Notes: generated from the sequence alone by a model not told the origin. Shown: positions 41,563-51,708, counted from the first letter of the stretch. The stretch: 64,000 bases of DNA from an uncultured bacterium (GCA_963848965.1 CAWKFG010000001.1:128001-192000), one strand, 5' to 3'. Made by a program: numbers and translations.

Positions 41563-41591
41563 AGTATAAGCATGTTTTATGCAAAATGCAA
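41563..41591 (-). promoter_or_regulatory. Sigma70-type promoter upstream of the His leader
   Basis: TTGCAT-N17-TATACT on the minus strand. Confidence 0.6.
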
Positions 41592-41830
41592 GAAGAAATT
41601 AAATCTATAAGAATGCATGATCTAATGAGAGGTCAGGACAAAGCTCTTTGAGAAAATCCTCGCAAAGTGACAACGCAATTGTCATTTTGAGACTCATTAT
41701 GACATTTTCAATGTCATTTTGCGAGTACAAGCAAGAAAAACTGCTTTATAGGCTTTGGACACCTCTAATGAGCTTAAATACCCAAGAAGCTGATTCTTCA
41801 TAAGTATATACCTATAATGAACAATAAGGG

Positions 41831-42685
41831 TTAGCTGTTGGAAAGAATGCCACTTTTAATAAGTTCTATGCGCAAAGCATCATAATCGTCACCATTAATA
41901 AGTAAGGCTTTCATACCACATGCTTTCGCACCATCAGCATTTACTTTTTGATCATCAATAAGAATACAATCATTCGGGTTCAAGCGAAGCGTATAAATAA
42001 CATATTCAAAAGCATTTTTATAAGGCTTAATACGATGTATATCTCCTGAAATAACCACATGATCAAAGTATTTAAATACTCGTGTATTCCTTTTATAGAA
42101 AGATTTAAAAGAAAGATGATCCCAATTAGAAAAAGCAACTAAACGGTGCTTTCTTCTTCCATTCCTATCACGTACGGCAGCGCATTCTTTGAGAAGTCTC
42201 ACTCCTTCTTCTACAGGATAGACATTACGAGCTAAAACATGAGGATTAAACATTGTTTGAATAGTTCTTGTAACAAGCTCTTTTTCTCGATCGCTTTGAA
42301 AAAAGTTCTGTTGGGCAAGAAGAGCAATCTGCTTTTCTGCAAGTTTTATAATTTCAGGACCAGTTTTTGTTCCTGCCTGCCATTCACACATAATAGGTGG
42401 TAATGGTGGTCCATCTGCAGAACCTGCAGGATTAAAGTTCTTTTCTTTTGGGCCGGGTTCATAGTCTGAAGGAACATGAGTAAGTACTTCATAGAGCAGC
42501 TTTTCTATATTAGGATTCTTCCAATCCATTAAGAGATAAGAAATAAAGCGTTGAAGACCAATCTCTTTGGCAACACCAAGTTTATCTGGTTGAAAAAGAA
42601 TGCCACCGAAATCCCAAATAATAACGTCAGCTAAAGATATATACGAATACACTAAAAATGTGAGTAAAAATATTCTTTTGAGCAT
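41831..42685 (-). CDS. HAD-superfamily hydrolase with signal peptide
   Basis: IIWDFGGIL, FSNW, VISGDIHRIKP, ILIDDQKVN. Confidence 0.85.
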   Translation of the reverse strand: MLKRIFLLTFLVYSYISLADVIIWDFGGILFQPDKLGVAKEIGLQRFISYLLMDWKNPNIEKLLYEVLTHVPSDYEPGPKEKNFNPAGSADGPPLPPIMCEWQAGTKTGPEIIKLAEKQIALLAQQNFFQSDREKELVTRTIQTMFNPHVLARNVYPVEEGVRLLKECAAVRDRNGRRKHRLVAFSNWDHLSFKSFYKRNTRVFKYFDHVVISGDIHRIKPYKNAFEYVIYTLRLNPNDCILIDDQKVNADGAKACGMKALLINGDDYDALRIELIKSGILSNS

Positions 42686-42771
42686 AGTTTCCCCCTTTGC
42701 TAAGCGCGCACTTTTCTAGTATAGCGCAGGAGAATTACTTAAAGTAAGATTTATGAAAATTCTTCTAGTAG

Positions 42772-42800
42772 ATAAGCCCTATACGAGCTATAGGGCTTAT
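42772..42800. terminator. Hairpin, probable terminator
   Basis: ATAAGCCCTATA-cgagc-TATAGGGCTTAT just past the stop of the 42813 gene. Confidence 0.6.
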
Positions 42801-42812
42801 TATGAACGGGAT

Positions 42813-43421
42813 TTACTCTAACAAACGAATTACTGCATCATACTCGTCGTGCTCAAAGCTTGGGGCTTTCTCTTTTTCTTTGCGTGCAATATCTAAAGCT
42901 GTTTCACCGAACTTATTCTTAATTGTTTTATCAGTGCCACGTTTAAGAAGAATATTAACAGTTCCTTTACGGCCATATCCAGCAGCGGTCATTAAAGCAG
43001 TTCCACCAACTTTATTTTGTAAATTAGGTTGAGCGCCGTTATCTAACAGTAAAGAGATAACATCATCTTTTTCCCAAAGGCCAGAGGCGAGCATTAAAGG
43101 AGTGCTTCCTTGAGAATCGCGGATATTTACATCTGCTCCATGCTTTAAGAGAGAACGAATGATAGAAAGATATTCTTGATTCACCTCTTCACCAAGTGTG
43201 TTGAAATTATAAGCAAGAAAATGAAGAATATGAACACCTGGCGGATTATCCCATTTTTCATTAGGATTAGCTCCTGCTTCAAGAAGACGCTCAACTTTTT
43301 TGACATCTGGAAGACGTACAGCACGTATTAATGCCTCACGCGTTGTACTTTGCGCCTTTTCCATACTATAGAGGCTACAGAACGTACTTGCTACCGCAAA
43401 AAATAAAAAGATATTTTTCAT
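42813..43421 (-). CDS. Exported ankyrin repeat protein
   Basis: Start reassigned to ATG 43421 (MKNIFLFFAVASTFCSLYS-MEK); GSTPLMLA, GGTALMTAA, GETALDIA. Confidence 0.88.
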   Translation of the reverse strand: MKNIFLFFAVASTFCSLYSMEKAQSTTREALIRAVRLPDVKKVERLLEAGANPNEKWDNPPGVHILHFLAYNFNTLGEEVNQEYLSIIRSLLKHGADVNIRDSQGSTPLMLASGLWEKDDVISLLLDNGAQPNLQNKVGGTALMTAAGYGRKGTVNILLKRGTDKTIKNKFGETALDIARKEKEKAPSFEHDEYDAVIRLLE

Positions 43422-43633
43422 AATAAATTCTTTATTTATTCTAATAATATATAGTGTTTCTATTAAAGATAGCAAAAATAATGCAATAGTCAATGTTTTT
43501 GGGCTCTCTATCTTATACAGTATGGTCTGGGAGTCTTTCGATTTTTGTGATAAAGAAATTTTAAAAAATTCTTTGCGAATGTAAACCTCTCTTTGCCATA
43601 CTAAGAGAAAACAATTTTCACTGGGTAAAATAT

Positions 43634-44746
43634 ATGGAACTATTGCCAAAGATTATGAAAGCAGTGCGAGAAGGAAATAAAGAAGCACTGCGGCCTCTTT
43701 TAGAGCAAGGAGATAGTATTAACCAAGAGTGCTATGGTTCAACTCCTTTATTAGCTGCAGTAAGCTCTGGATACCAAGATGTGGTAACAGAGCTGCTTTT
43801 GCATGGTGTAGATCCTAATCGTACAGGCTTAGATTCAACGACACCTTTGGTACGAGCTGTTGCCCTGGGACACAAAAGAATGATAGATCTTTTGCTTTCT
43901 CATAAAGCTGATCCTAATGGGCATTTTAGTGGTTATGATACACCTTTATTGCGTGCTATTGCTAAAGGACATAGCGAGATAGTACATATTCTTCTCAACT
44001 ATGGAGCAGATGTCAATTATAGTATTAAGCGAGAGAGTCTTGTAGAGCCAGTTCGAGCTCCTCTCATCGTTGCTATTAAACGAATGCTTGCTTTTTCTCA
44101 AGAGTATTCAGCGGGATATAGAAATGAAGCCTTTGAAATAGTAAAGCTTCTTTTAGAGCATAATGCAAATCCTAACAGTATAGGTAATTATCGTGAATGC
44201 TTGTATGGAATTTTGCTGCGCAATGTAAAGCCCGTAGAAAAGCCACAAGAAGATAGTGACTTTCAAGAAGTACCTCTTTCTCTTGCAGCACGAGCAGGAG
44301 ATAAAGAGCTTACAAATGTTCTCTTGCAGTATGGAGCATCTATTGAAGGCGGTGGTAAATTGAGCGAAATTCCTTTACATACAGCCGTTGAAGGAGAGAA
44401 GCCAGAAATGGTACAAGAGCTTATCCGGTTTGGTGCATTTATTAATAGTCAAGACTACTATGGTCAAACAGCGGTACATATTGCTGCTTATAATGCCACC
44501 TCATCAGACATTGCTTATGAATGCTTAAAAATTCTTTTATCTTCAGGAGCTCAAGTCAATATACTAGACTATGAGAGAAACACTCCTTTAATGTTCATCT
44601 TTGCTTATAGAGGCCCTTCTGAGAGTACTCCTCATGTTGAGCGTGTAGTAAAACTACTTTTAGAATCGGGTGCGGACATAAGTATCGTTAATATAGATGG
44701 AAGAGATGCTCGAGCATTAGCACAAATACGAGGATTTGAGTTATGA
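43634..44746 (+). CDS. Ankyrin repeat protein, no signal peptide
   Basis: GSTPLLAAV, TTPLVRAV, DTPLLRAI, IPLHTAV, GQTAVHIAA. Confidence 0.9.
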   Translation: MELLPKIMKAVREGNKEALRPLLEQGDSINQECYGSTPLLAAVSSGYQDVVTELLLHGVDPNRTGLDSTTPLVRAVALGHKRMIDLLLSHKADPNGHFSGYDTPLLRAIAKGHSEIVHILLNYGADVNYSIKRESLVEPVRAPLIVAIKRMLAFSQEYSAGYRNEAFEIVKLLLEHNANPNSIGNYRECLYGILLRNVKPVEKPQEDSDFQEVPLSLAARAGDKELTNVLLQYGASIEGGGKLSEIPLHTAVEGEKPEMVQELIRFGAFINSQDYYGQTAVHIAAYNATSSDIAYECLKILLSSGAQVNILDYERNTPLMFIFAYRGPSESTPHVERVVKLLLESGADISIVNIDGRDARALAQIRGFEL

Positions 44747-45543
44747 ACGAATTTCTTAAAGCTCTTAAAGAGCACAATGAAGAGCTTATATATGCTCTGC
44801 TTGAACAAGGAGCGGATCCTAATTGTGAGTTTGATGGAAAGGTATGTCTGAGGTATCTTATTGGTGAACCGAAACTCATACGATTACTTTTAGATTATGG
44901 AGCACAACCATGGGTAAAAGATCAGGAAGAACGATCATTGCTGGTAGAAGCTATTTATAAAGATGATATTCATACAGTAGATTATCTATTAGAGTGTGAT
45001 GCTCATTCAGTCTATGTTAATGAGCCTGATGAAGAGGGACATACACCACTTGGCTGCGCTACCTATTGTGGACAGAATGAAGATATGATACGTTACCTTG
45101 TTTTCTGCCAAGCAAATCCTAATCAATTTGATGATGCACGGCAAACATTTCCTTTTATTGCGGTAGCTTCTGGATTTAAAAAAGATATGCTAGAACTCTT
45201 TATAGAATATGGTGCAGATCCTTTTGTTGTAGATCCAAAGGGCAATACTGCGCTTATAAGTGCTATACGTCCAGGCAATGAGGAAAGCGTTGCTTTCCTG
45301 CTTAAACTTAGAATACCGGTAAATCACCAAAATAACTGTGGTGAAACTGCTTTGCATAGAGCTGCAAGAGAGGGAGCTGTATCTCTTATAAAACTTCTTT
45401 TGGACAGTGGAGCAGATATAGCTATACAAGACAATGAGGGTAATACACCGTTAATGATATTATTGGCGCAAGAGGATATAGCACCAGAAGTAAAAGAGCG
45501 GTCTGAACAACTGCTAAGACAGAGTAAAGAGAGGGTAGTATGA
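44743..45543 (+). CDS. Ankyrin repeat protein, no signal peptide
   Basis: GHTPLGCA, GNTALISA, GETALHRAA; ATGA overlap with the upstream gene. Confidence 0.9.
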   Translation: MNEFLKALKEHNEELIYALLEQGADPNCEFDGKVCLRYLIGEPKLIRLLLDYGAQPWVKDQEERSLLVEAIYKDDIHTVDYLLECDAHSVYVNEPDEEGHTPLGCATYCGQNEDMIRYLVFCQANPNQFDDARQTFPFIAVASGFKKDMLELFIEYGADPFVVDPKGNTALISAIRPGNEESVAFLLKLRIPVNHQNNCGETALHRAAREGAVSLIKLLLDSGADIAIQDNEGNTPLMILLAQEDIAPEVKERSEQLLRQSKERVV

Positions 45544-45830
45544 ATGGAGATAGAGAAAGAATTGTACGACTTATAACAGTGTTATTACCTTATGCTAAGC
45601 TCTATGTTGTTGAGTCTTATAATCTTAAAAATAATGAGATGCTGCCAACTCCTGGCATTGATCTAGCTATAGATGCGGGAGAACAGATCCCTCAAGAGCA
45701 CCTTATTCAGATTAAAAATATTCTTCAAGCACTGAGTCTTTCCCAACCAATTACTATTATTGACCTTTATTCACTTCCTGTTGAAAAGCGAGTAGATATC
45801 TTAAAAGATGCAATAGCATGGAAAAACTAA
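45540..45830 (+). CDS. Minimal nucleotidyltransferase (MNT)-like protein, degenerate
   Basis: LLPYAKLYV...GIDLAIDAG...IIDL...ILKDAIAWKN resembles MNT antitoxins, but the GS-x-DxD motif is eroded. Confidence 0.6.
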   Translation: MNGDRERIVRLITVLLPYAKLYVVESYNLKNNEMLPTPGIDLAIDAGEQIPQEHLIQIKNILQALSLSQPITIIDLYSLPVEKRVDILKDAIAWKN

Positions 45831-46012
45831 TAGACTCCTTCTTGTATTAGCCGACCAGTTGCAGAAGAAATTTTTGTTGCTACTCTAAAGAAAATTTAAC
45901 TGTTGTTCTTAAAAGGAGCGAAATGCAAGAGTATTATTTGAACAAAGTTGTCGAGATTGAGCGAGCAAAAATAGATGAATATAGTCTTCAAGGTTATTAG
46001 GTAATAAAGAGT

Positions 46013-46438
46013 TTATTCGTCAGAATACCCTTTACGGCGTAATCGCTTTTTGGCGCTATGCATCTTTTTAGTATGGAGACGTGCTATCTTGGCTGCACCG
46101 CTTGGTGCGGTTGCAAGACGCTTTTTCTGTGGCTGTAAGGCCTGTTGAATGAGTTTTATAAATTTTTCTTCTGCTTTTTTACGATTAGCGTGTTGTGTGC
46201 GCTCTGAACTTGCAGTAACTCGCAGAGTACCTTCACTGTCTATTCTTGTTTGCAGTTTTGTAAGCAAGAGGGCTTTGGTAGTATCGTCAAGGGTAGACTG
46301 TGGAATATTAAAGCTGAGTTCCACTTTTGTCTCAACTTTGTTTACATTTTGACCACCTTTGCCGCTGCTTCGTGCAAAGTGTACAGTAGTTTCTTGTAAA
46401 AGAGCTTGATAATCTAATTTTTTCATGATTTTATGCAC
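46013..46438 (-). CDS. arfB: Alternative ribosome rescue factor B
   Basis: ARSSGKGGQNVNKVETKV, ERTQHANR, basic C-terminal tail. Confidence 0.93.
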   Translation of the reverse strand: MHKIMKKLDYQALLQETTVHFARSSGKGGQNVNKVETKVELSFNIPQSTLDDTTKALLLTKLQTRIDSEGTLRVTASSERTQHANRKKAEEKFIKLIQQALQPQKKRLATAPSGAAKIARLHTKKMHSAKKRLRRKGYSDE

Positions 46439-46502
46439 AATAAATATATAGATATTGTGCTTAGTATAGCAATCGAAGATGCTTATCTCAACTGTTTATA
46501 AC

Positions 46503-46530
46503 AAAAAAGGACGCCTTTACTGGCGTCCTT
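46503..46530 (-). terminator. Intrinsic terminator
   Basis: AAGGACGCC-tttact-GGCGTCCTT with a T run on the minus strand. Confidence 0.8.
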
Positions 46531-46542
46531 AGTACTTGTATC

Positions 46543-47469
46543 TTAATCTCTATCATCTTCTATAATTGTAAATTCTTCATCTATATCATCTAAGTCTTGT
46601 AGGCTTCTAACGTTGACTTGCGCTCTATGTAATCTAAGAACATCGCGAGCAGCTCGTACTGTAGCTGGTACAAGAAGGCCTTTTTCTCTATAAGAAGTTT
46701 CGAGCTCGTTAATAGAGTCAAGTGCTGTCTGCCGTCTTGAATTGGTAGCATTTACATCTGCACCACACTCTATGAGGGTATTCATAAGCAGATAGACATC
46801 TCCTTCAGACTGTGCATAATCAACTATAGCAGCTAAAGGAATTCTTCCAAATTCATCTTCCCCATGCATATTTGCACCTTGATCTACCAAGAATGAGATA
46901 AGGGAAGCATCGTTTTTTTCTAGAGCTTTAAAAAGAAGATCAGTGAGTATATCTTGTTTGTCCTCTACTTTACCTTCTGCTTCTAATGTAGGGCGATAAG
47001 TGAGAAGAATAATAAAGTTTGTTTTATCTTCATTTTCTGCTGCAGCTTTATAGAGTGCTTCGTCATAATTAGTATAAGCACCGTGTGCAAGGAGTCTTTC
47101 AAGAACTTCTGGAGTTGCTCGTGTAGCAGCTGCTTCTAAGATGCTTCCATTCCAGTATTTATTGCCTCCTCTATCTACATCAGCACCATTTTCAAGAAGA
47201 AATTCAATGAGCTCATGATTGTTTGCATATACTGCAGCAAAAAGAGGGGTAAGATTAGCATCTTCGTAATTCCATTCTGCTCCTTTTTCTTCATATACAT
47301 TTGCTTCATTAACATCTGCTCCTGTTTCAACAAGAACTTGCGCAAAATCGATATCGTTTTCTTGTACTGCTCTATAAAGATCTGTTTTGGTAGCTAATGC
47401 AGCAGGACTCATGCTCAAAAGAAGAAAAAGTGGAAATAGTGTTTTTTTGTACATGAAATTTCCTTTCAT
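46543..47469 (-). CDS. Exported ankyrin repeat protein
   Basis: Signal peptide ending ALA; LTPLFAAV, GADVN repeats; acidic tail. Confidence 0.88.
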   Translation of the reverse strand: MKGNFMYKKTLFPLFLLLSMSPAALATKTDLYRAVQENDIDFAQVLVETGADVNEANVYEEKGAEWNYEDANLTPLFAAVYANNHELIEFLLENGADVDRGGNKYWNGSILEAAATRATPEVLERLLAHGAYTNYDEALYKAAAENEDKTNFIILLTYRPTLEAEGKVEDKQDILTDLLFKALEKNDASLISFLVDQGANMHGEDEFGRIPLAAIVDYAQSEGDVYLLMNTLIECGADVNATNSRRQTALDSINELETSYREKGLLVPATVRAARDVLRLHRAQVNVRSLQDLDDIDEEFTIIEDDRD

Positions 47470-47933
47470 TACTTAACAGTTAAGAATTACTACTATAAAG
47501 TATACCTGAAAATAAATGATCAGTAAAAAGCCCCCCATAATAACGAGAAAGATGCCAAATATGGCTTAAATCTCGATTAAATAAGACCTGCCCGAACTTA
47601 GTACTTTTTGTCTGCTAGTGAGGTAAAGATAGCAATGCTTATATGAATTTGTGTTAAGCGTCAAAGTGTATATTTCATAAGATATGCAGGTTCTATTTGT
47701 AGCTGAGGATGTTTTCAGGTAAGGTATTTAAAGCAAACCACATAAGAGAGTCAAGTTTCTTCAAACTATTAACCCAGAATAAAATAAATGATATTCTATA
47801 AAAGAATAGCATAATAAAGGCTTATTGAATAGTAACTTATGGTTTGTAAAAAATAGGCAAAATTGACAAAGTGGAAAATTTATTATACTAATAGAATGTG
47901 AAATCATTAAAGATACTATAACGGAAGCCATCA

Positions 47934-50315
47934 ATGAAAAAAAATTTAGCATTTATAGGTCTATGTCTCTTTACTTATTCTTTCTCCGGATGCATGGAGT
48001 TAGAGCCTCAAAAAGAAGTAGGCACTTTTAGTTTAGGTACGCTGTCTGTTAATACTATTATAGAAAAGCTTAAAGCATATATAAAAGCAGCACAGGCCGG
48101 ATTACTAGATAAGCATGATGCCACAACACATGAGCTTGCTGACTTTCTAGCAACGCACGTCTATCTCCTTATTTCTATGTACCCAGAATTTTTCCCTATT
48201 CTTAAACATGAAGAATTGCATATTGTATGTAATATACTTAAAAAAAAGCTTGTTCGGAGAGGGATAGAACTTTACTCTTCAAACCAATTACAGCAACTGC
48301 ACAGCCGCTCTATTCGAGCTTTAGTACAGCTTGATGATGGTCATTATATTTCTGGTTCTGAAGATAAAGCAGTTTGTGTATGGGATATGAAAACTGCACA
48401 GTGCGTGAAAAAGCTTACTGGTCATACAGGTACTGTAACAGCGCTTACAACATGTATGACAGATAATGTGATACCCGGGTGTGCTACCTATATTATTTCA
48501 GGCTCAACAGATAAGACAATTCGTATATGGGAGGCTGTAACCGGAACATGCTTTCATAAGGTACTCGAAGGACATGCTGGCACAATATATTCTATAGCAC
48601 ATTTGGTTGATAGGTACATAGTTTCAGCTTCTGCAGATAGGACACTACGTTTTTGGGATATGCTTACCGGTAAATGCTTGAATGAAATTGCTTGTCATAG
48701 AGGTGCTGTATATTCTGTCATAAGAATTACTAATTCAGTTATAGCTTCTAGTTCAGCAGATAAGACAGTACGTTTAGTTGATATTCCAAGTGGTCAATGT
48801 TTAAAAACTTTTGAAGGTCATAAGGATGATGTATTCTGTGTTATAGCATTAGATGAACGTTATTTGGCGTCAGCTTCGGCAGATAAAACAGTGCGCATAT
48901 GGGATATGCGTACAGGTGCATGTGTAAAAGTTCTTGAAGGACATACAAATTCTGTTTATACACTAGTTCGTATTAATGATAATTTTTTAGCTTCTGGTTC
49001 AGCAGATAAAACAATACGTATTTGGAATAGACATACAGGTGAATGTGTAAAAGAGCTTTCAGGTTCTCCAGATTCAGTAAAATCTTTACTTGCTTTATCA
49101 TCAATGGCGCTACTTTCTGGGTGTGAAAATGGTACTGTTAATGTATGGGGTATTGATGAACACACATACTTTCAAGAGCTCTTAGAAAAAACAAATGCTG
49201 TTGCAGCTTATGCACCGAAGTTAAAGAATACATTTAAAAGTTTTATAAAGCATAGTACTATACCCTTTCAAAATACAACGTTGTATACGGATTTAATAGA
49301 TTTGATAGAAATTCCTATAAGAGAGAAAGCAAAAAGTAAGCAAGAAGTTACTCGTATACTTATTAACAGGCTCAAAGAGCTTGTACAGATGTGTGGAGAA
49401 GAAACGGTTACCTATCTTTTTTATCTTTTACAAGTTGCTCATTCTGCGCAATTAGAAGCAATAGCAGATGCTGTTCGATATATGTTATGTATATCATGGC
49501 AAGAGCGCCCTTTAAGTAGCTATGAACAATGGGCTGCGAAACTAAAAGAGTTAGGATGTTATGCTATCATTACAAGTGATAATAGTGTTTTTTTAGTAGC
49601 TCAGAATGTAGCAGCACTATCACCTTATTTAAGGTACATGTTTGAAAGTACTATGAAAGAAGGCCAAGAAAAACGTGTCGCACTACAGAGCTATGCTAAA
49701 CAGGAAGTACAGGCTGTTCTTTCTTTACTTAATAAGCTTTACTTTCATAAATTAGGCATACCGGGATTTGTTTCTAATCATATTTTAAGATCTTATTTAA
49801 ATACAATGAAGATAACTATACAAGCGATTGCGTTAGCAGAAGAGTGGGTTTTACCTCAAATAGCACAACTACTAACGCATGAAGTATTACAGCAGCTTGA
49901 TGAAGAACATGTATGTCAGTTAATTGAAGCATTGCCTTCTTCATGCCATAAGTATATAGCACCAGAGCTTGCTCCATCGGTTGATCTGCTTCTATGGCAA
50001 CTTGAATCGTGTGCGGAGGCTATAAAGTTACATTATCTCTTTGGAAGAAAAATAGCTGTTGCTTATAGTGAGTTTATTGTAGAAAATTTTTCTATCATAG
50101 TTGCACAGTATGCTAACTTTGAGACTATTATAGAGCACCATAAGTATTCGTTTATTCATCTATCTCTTAAGGAAGCTCTTCTGAAAAAAATTTATGGCTT
50201 AGGTGGTGGTGTTGAAAAACAAGTAGATATCGATAAATTAAAAGATGTATCTTTCAAAGAGCTTTTTGATATGCTTAAGGTACTTCTTGAAATTGTAGGG
50301 ACGAAGTTTCACTAG
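47934..50315 (+). CDS. Exported WD40-repeat protein with BTB/POZ-like segment
   Basis: Signal peptide ending SGC-MEL; about seven GH...SGSxDKTxRIWD repeats; LSPYLRYMFESTMKEGQEKRVAL. Confidence 0.85.
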   Translation: MKKNLAFIGLCLFTYSFSGCMELEPQKEVGTFSLGTLSVNTIIEKLKAYIKAAQAGLLDKHDATTHELADFLATHVYLLISMYPEFFPILKHEELHIVCNILKKKLVRRGIELYSSNQLQQLHSRSIRALVQLDDGHYISGSEDKAVCVWDMKTAQCVKKLTGHTGTVTALTTCMTDNVIPGCATYIISGSTDKTIRIWEAVTGTCFHKVLEGHAGTIYSIAHLVDRYIVSASADRTLRFWDMLTGKCLNEIACHRGAVYSVIRITNSVIASSSADKTVRLVDIPSGQCLKTFEGHKDDVFCVIALDERYLASASADKTVRIWDMRTGACVKVLEGHTNSVYTLVRINDNFLASGSADKTIRIWNRHTGECVKELSGSPDSVKSLLALSSMALLSGCENGTVNVWGIDEHTYFQELLEKTNAVAAYAPKLKNTFKSFIKHSTIPFQNTTLYTDLIDLIEIPIREKAKSKQEVTRILINRLKELVQMCGEETVTYLFYLLQVAHSAQLEAIADAVRYMLCISWQERPLSSYEQWAAKLKELGCYAIITSDNSVFLVAQNVAALSPYLRYMFESTMKEGQEKRVALQSYAKQEVQAVLSLLNKLYFHKLGIPGFVSNHILRSYLNTMKITIQAIALAEEWVLPQIAQLLTHEVLQQLDEEHVCQLIEALPSSCHKYIAPELAPSVDLLLWQLESCAEAIKLHYLFGRKIAVAYSEFIVENFSIIVAQYANFETIIEHHKYSFIHLSLKEALLKKIYGLGGGVEKQVDIDKLKDVSFKELFDMLKVLLEIVGTKFH

Positions 50316-50411
50316 AAAGCTGCTAAACTATATGAAAGTAGGCATTGCTTTACTTGTAAAAAAGTGCACACTAAACGAAAAAGTAGGTTTTTAAAGAGAG
50401 AAGGAAATGCT

Positions 50412-51305
50412 ATGGATATCACATTGAATATGCTTGGTGAATATGGTATTACTGCCCTTTCTGTTTTGGCTACTTTAGCAGCAACAATGGGGCTTGCCAG
50501 ACTTGTACATACCTTTACTGCACAGCTTGATAAGAAGCTTGAAAAGACATTAGAAAAAACACCGAAACCTCATGTTGAGGTTCCTGACTTTAAAATTGAC
50601 GCTACTCATTATCGATTTTTTAAGCATTTTATTACAGGACTTATTTATTTTGGTGGATGCTGTTTAGCATTAAGTATGATACCTGCATTTAAGAGCCTTG
50701 CATACTCTGTTTTTGCAGGTTCGGGTATTTTACTTGGTATCATTACTTTTGCTTCAAGAGAAGCATTTACTAATGTTTTAGGAGGTCTTCTTATTGATAT
50801 CTTTAGGCCTTTTGAGATAGGTAATCATATTAAGATTGATAAAGACCTTGAGGGGGACGTAAAAGACATTACACTTTCCCACACTATTATTAAAACTGCT
50901 CAGCAAAATTATGTTATGGTACCCAATTCTGTCATTAATAGTAAAATGATAGAAAACGTTACCTTGCCAAAAGAAGAGATTAGTATCCCTTTTGATGTTT
51001 ATATAAGTTATAAGGCTGATATTGATAAAGCTCTTGAAACTGTTCGTAATGTTTTAGAATTGCACCCATTGCTTCTTGACAAGCGTACTAAAGAAGAAAA
51101 AGAGCAGGGCAAGACAATGGTACAGGTTAATGTTGAAAAGCTTGATCATAAAGATATACAGCTTCGAGCATGGGTATCGGCTAAAAATGAAGCAGATGCT
51201 TATAGATTAGCCTGCGATTCTTATAGAGAAGTAAAAAAGAGCTTTGATGCAAAGCGAATACCATTTCCAGAAGCTAAAAGTACAAGTAAAGAGCTTTCAT
51301 TATAA
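50412..51305 (+). CDS. mscS: Small-conductance mechanosensitive channel
   Basis: N-terminal TM helices; FRPFEIGNHI, GDVKDITL, VPNS, DIDKA. Confidence 0.9.
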   Translation: MDITLNMLGEYGITALSVLATLAATMGLARLVHTFTAQLDKKLEKTLEKTPKPHVEVPDFKIDATHYRFFKHFITGLIYFGGCCLALSMIPAFKSLAYSVFAGSGILLGIITFASREAFTNVLGGLLIDIFRPFEIGNHIKIDKDLEGDVKDITLSHTIIKTAQQNYVMVPNSVINSKMIENVTLPKEEISIPFDVYISYKADIDKALETVRNVLELHPLLLDKRTKEEKEQGKTMVQVNVEKLDHKDIQLRAWVSAKNEADAYRLACDSYREVKKSFDAKRIPFPEAKSTSKELSL

Positions 51306-51451
51306 TCTGTAATGACTTTATTTTGATAGAGAGCTATTATTTTTGCAATCTGTTAAATATCTATTTAAAACTATTAAATTATTGATATTTTAAAACCAAT
51401 GAAACTATACTTATTGTAAATATAGCTTAACTAATTAGTAAGGGAGAAGCA

Positions 51452-51676
51452 ATGGACGATAGACGAATACGCAAAGAAAGTATAGAGGATGCAGAAGTAC
51501 GCCATCGTGCTGATGAAGCTGCTCAAGAACATAAAGCTCCTACTCAAGAAGAATATGAACATGACTGGAGATTGGTAAAAGAGACAGAAGGTCTTGATGA
51601 CGAGGAAGTTGTAAAAGAATATTCTAAAATATTCTCTGAAGACAGTTCTCACTCACACAATAAAGGTAAGAAATAA
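51452..51676 (+). CDS. Small acidic hypothetical protein
   Basis: GGGAG RBS, 74 aa ORF followed by a terminator. Confidence 0.6.
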   Translation: MDDRRIRKESIEDAEVRHRADEAAQEHKAPTQEEYEHDWRLVKETEGLDDEEVVKEYSKIFSEDSSHSHNKGKK

Positions 51677-51685
51677 GAACCTGTG

Positions 51686-51708
51686 AAGCCCCTTAAAAGG
51701 GGCTTTAT
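51686..51708 (+). terminator. Intrinsic terminator
   Basis: AAGCCCCTT-a-AAAGGGGCTTT hairpin. Confidence 0.65.
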
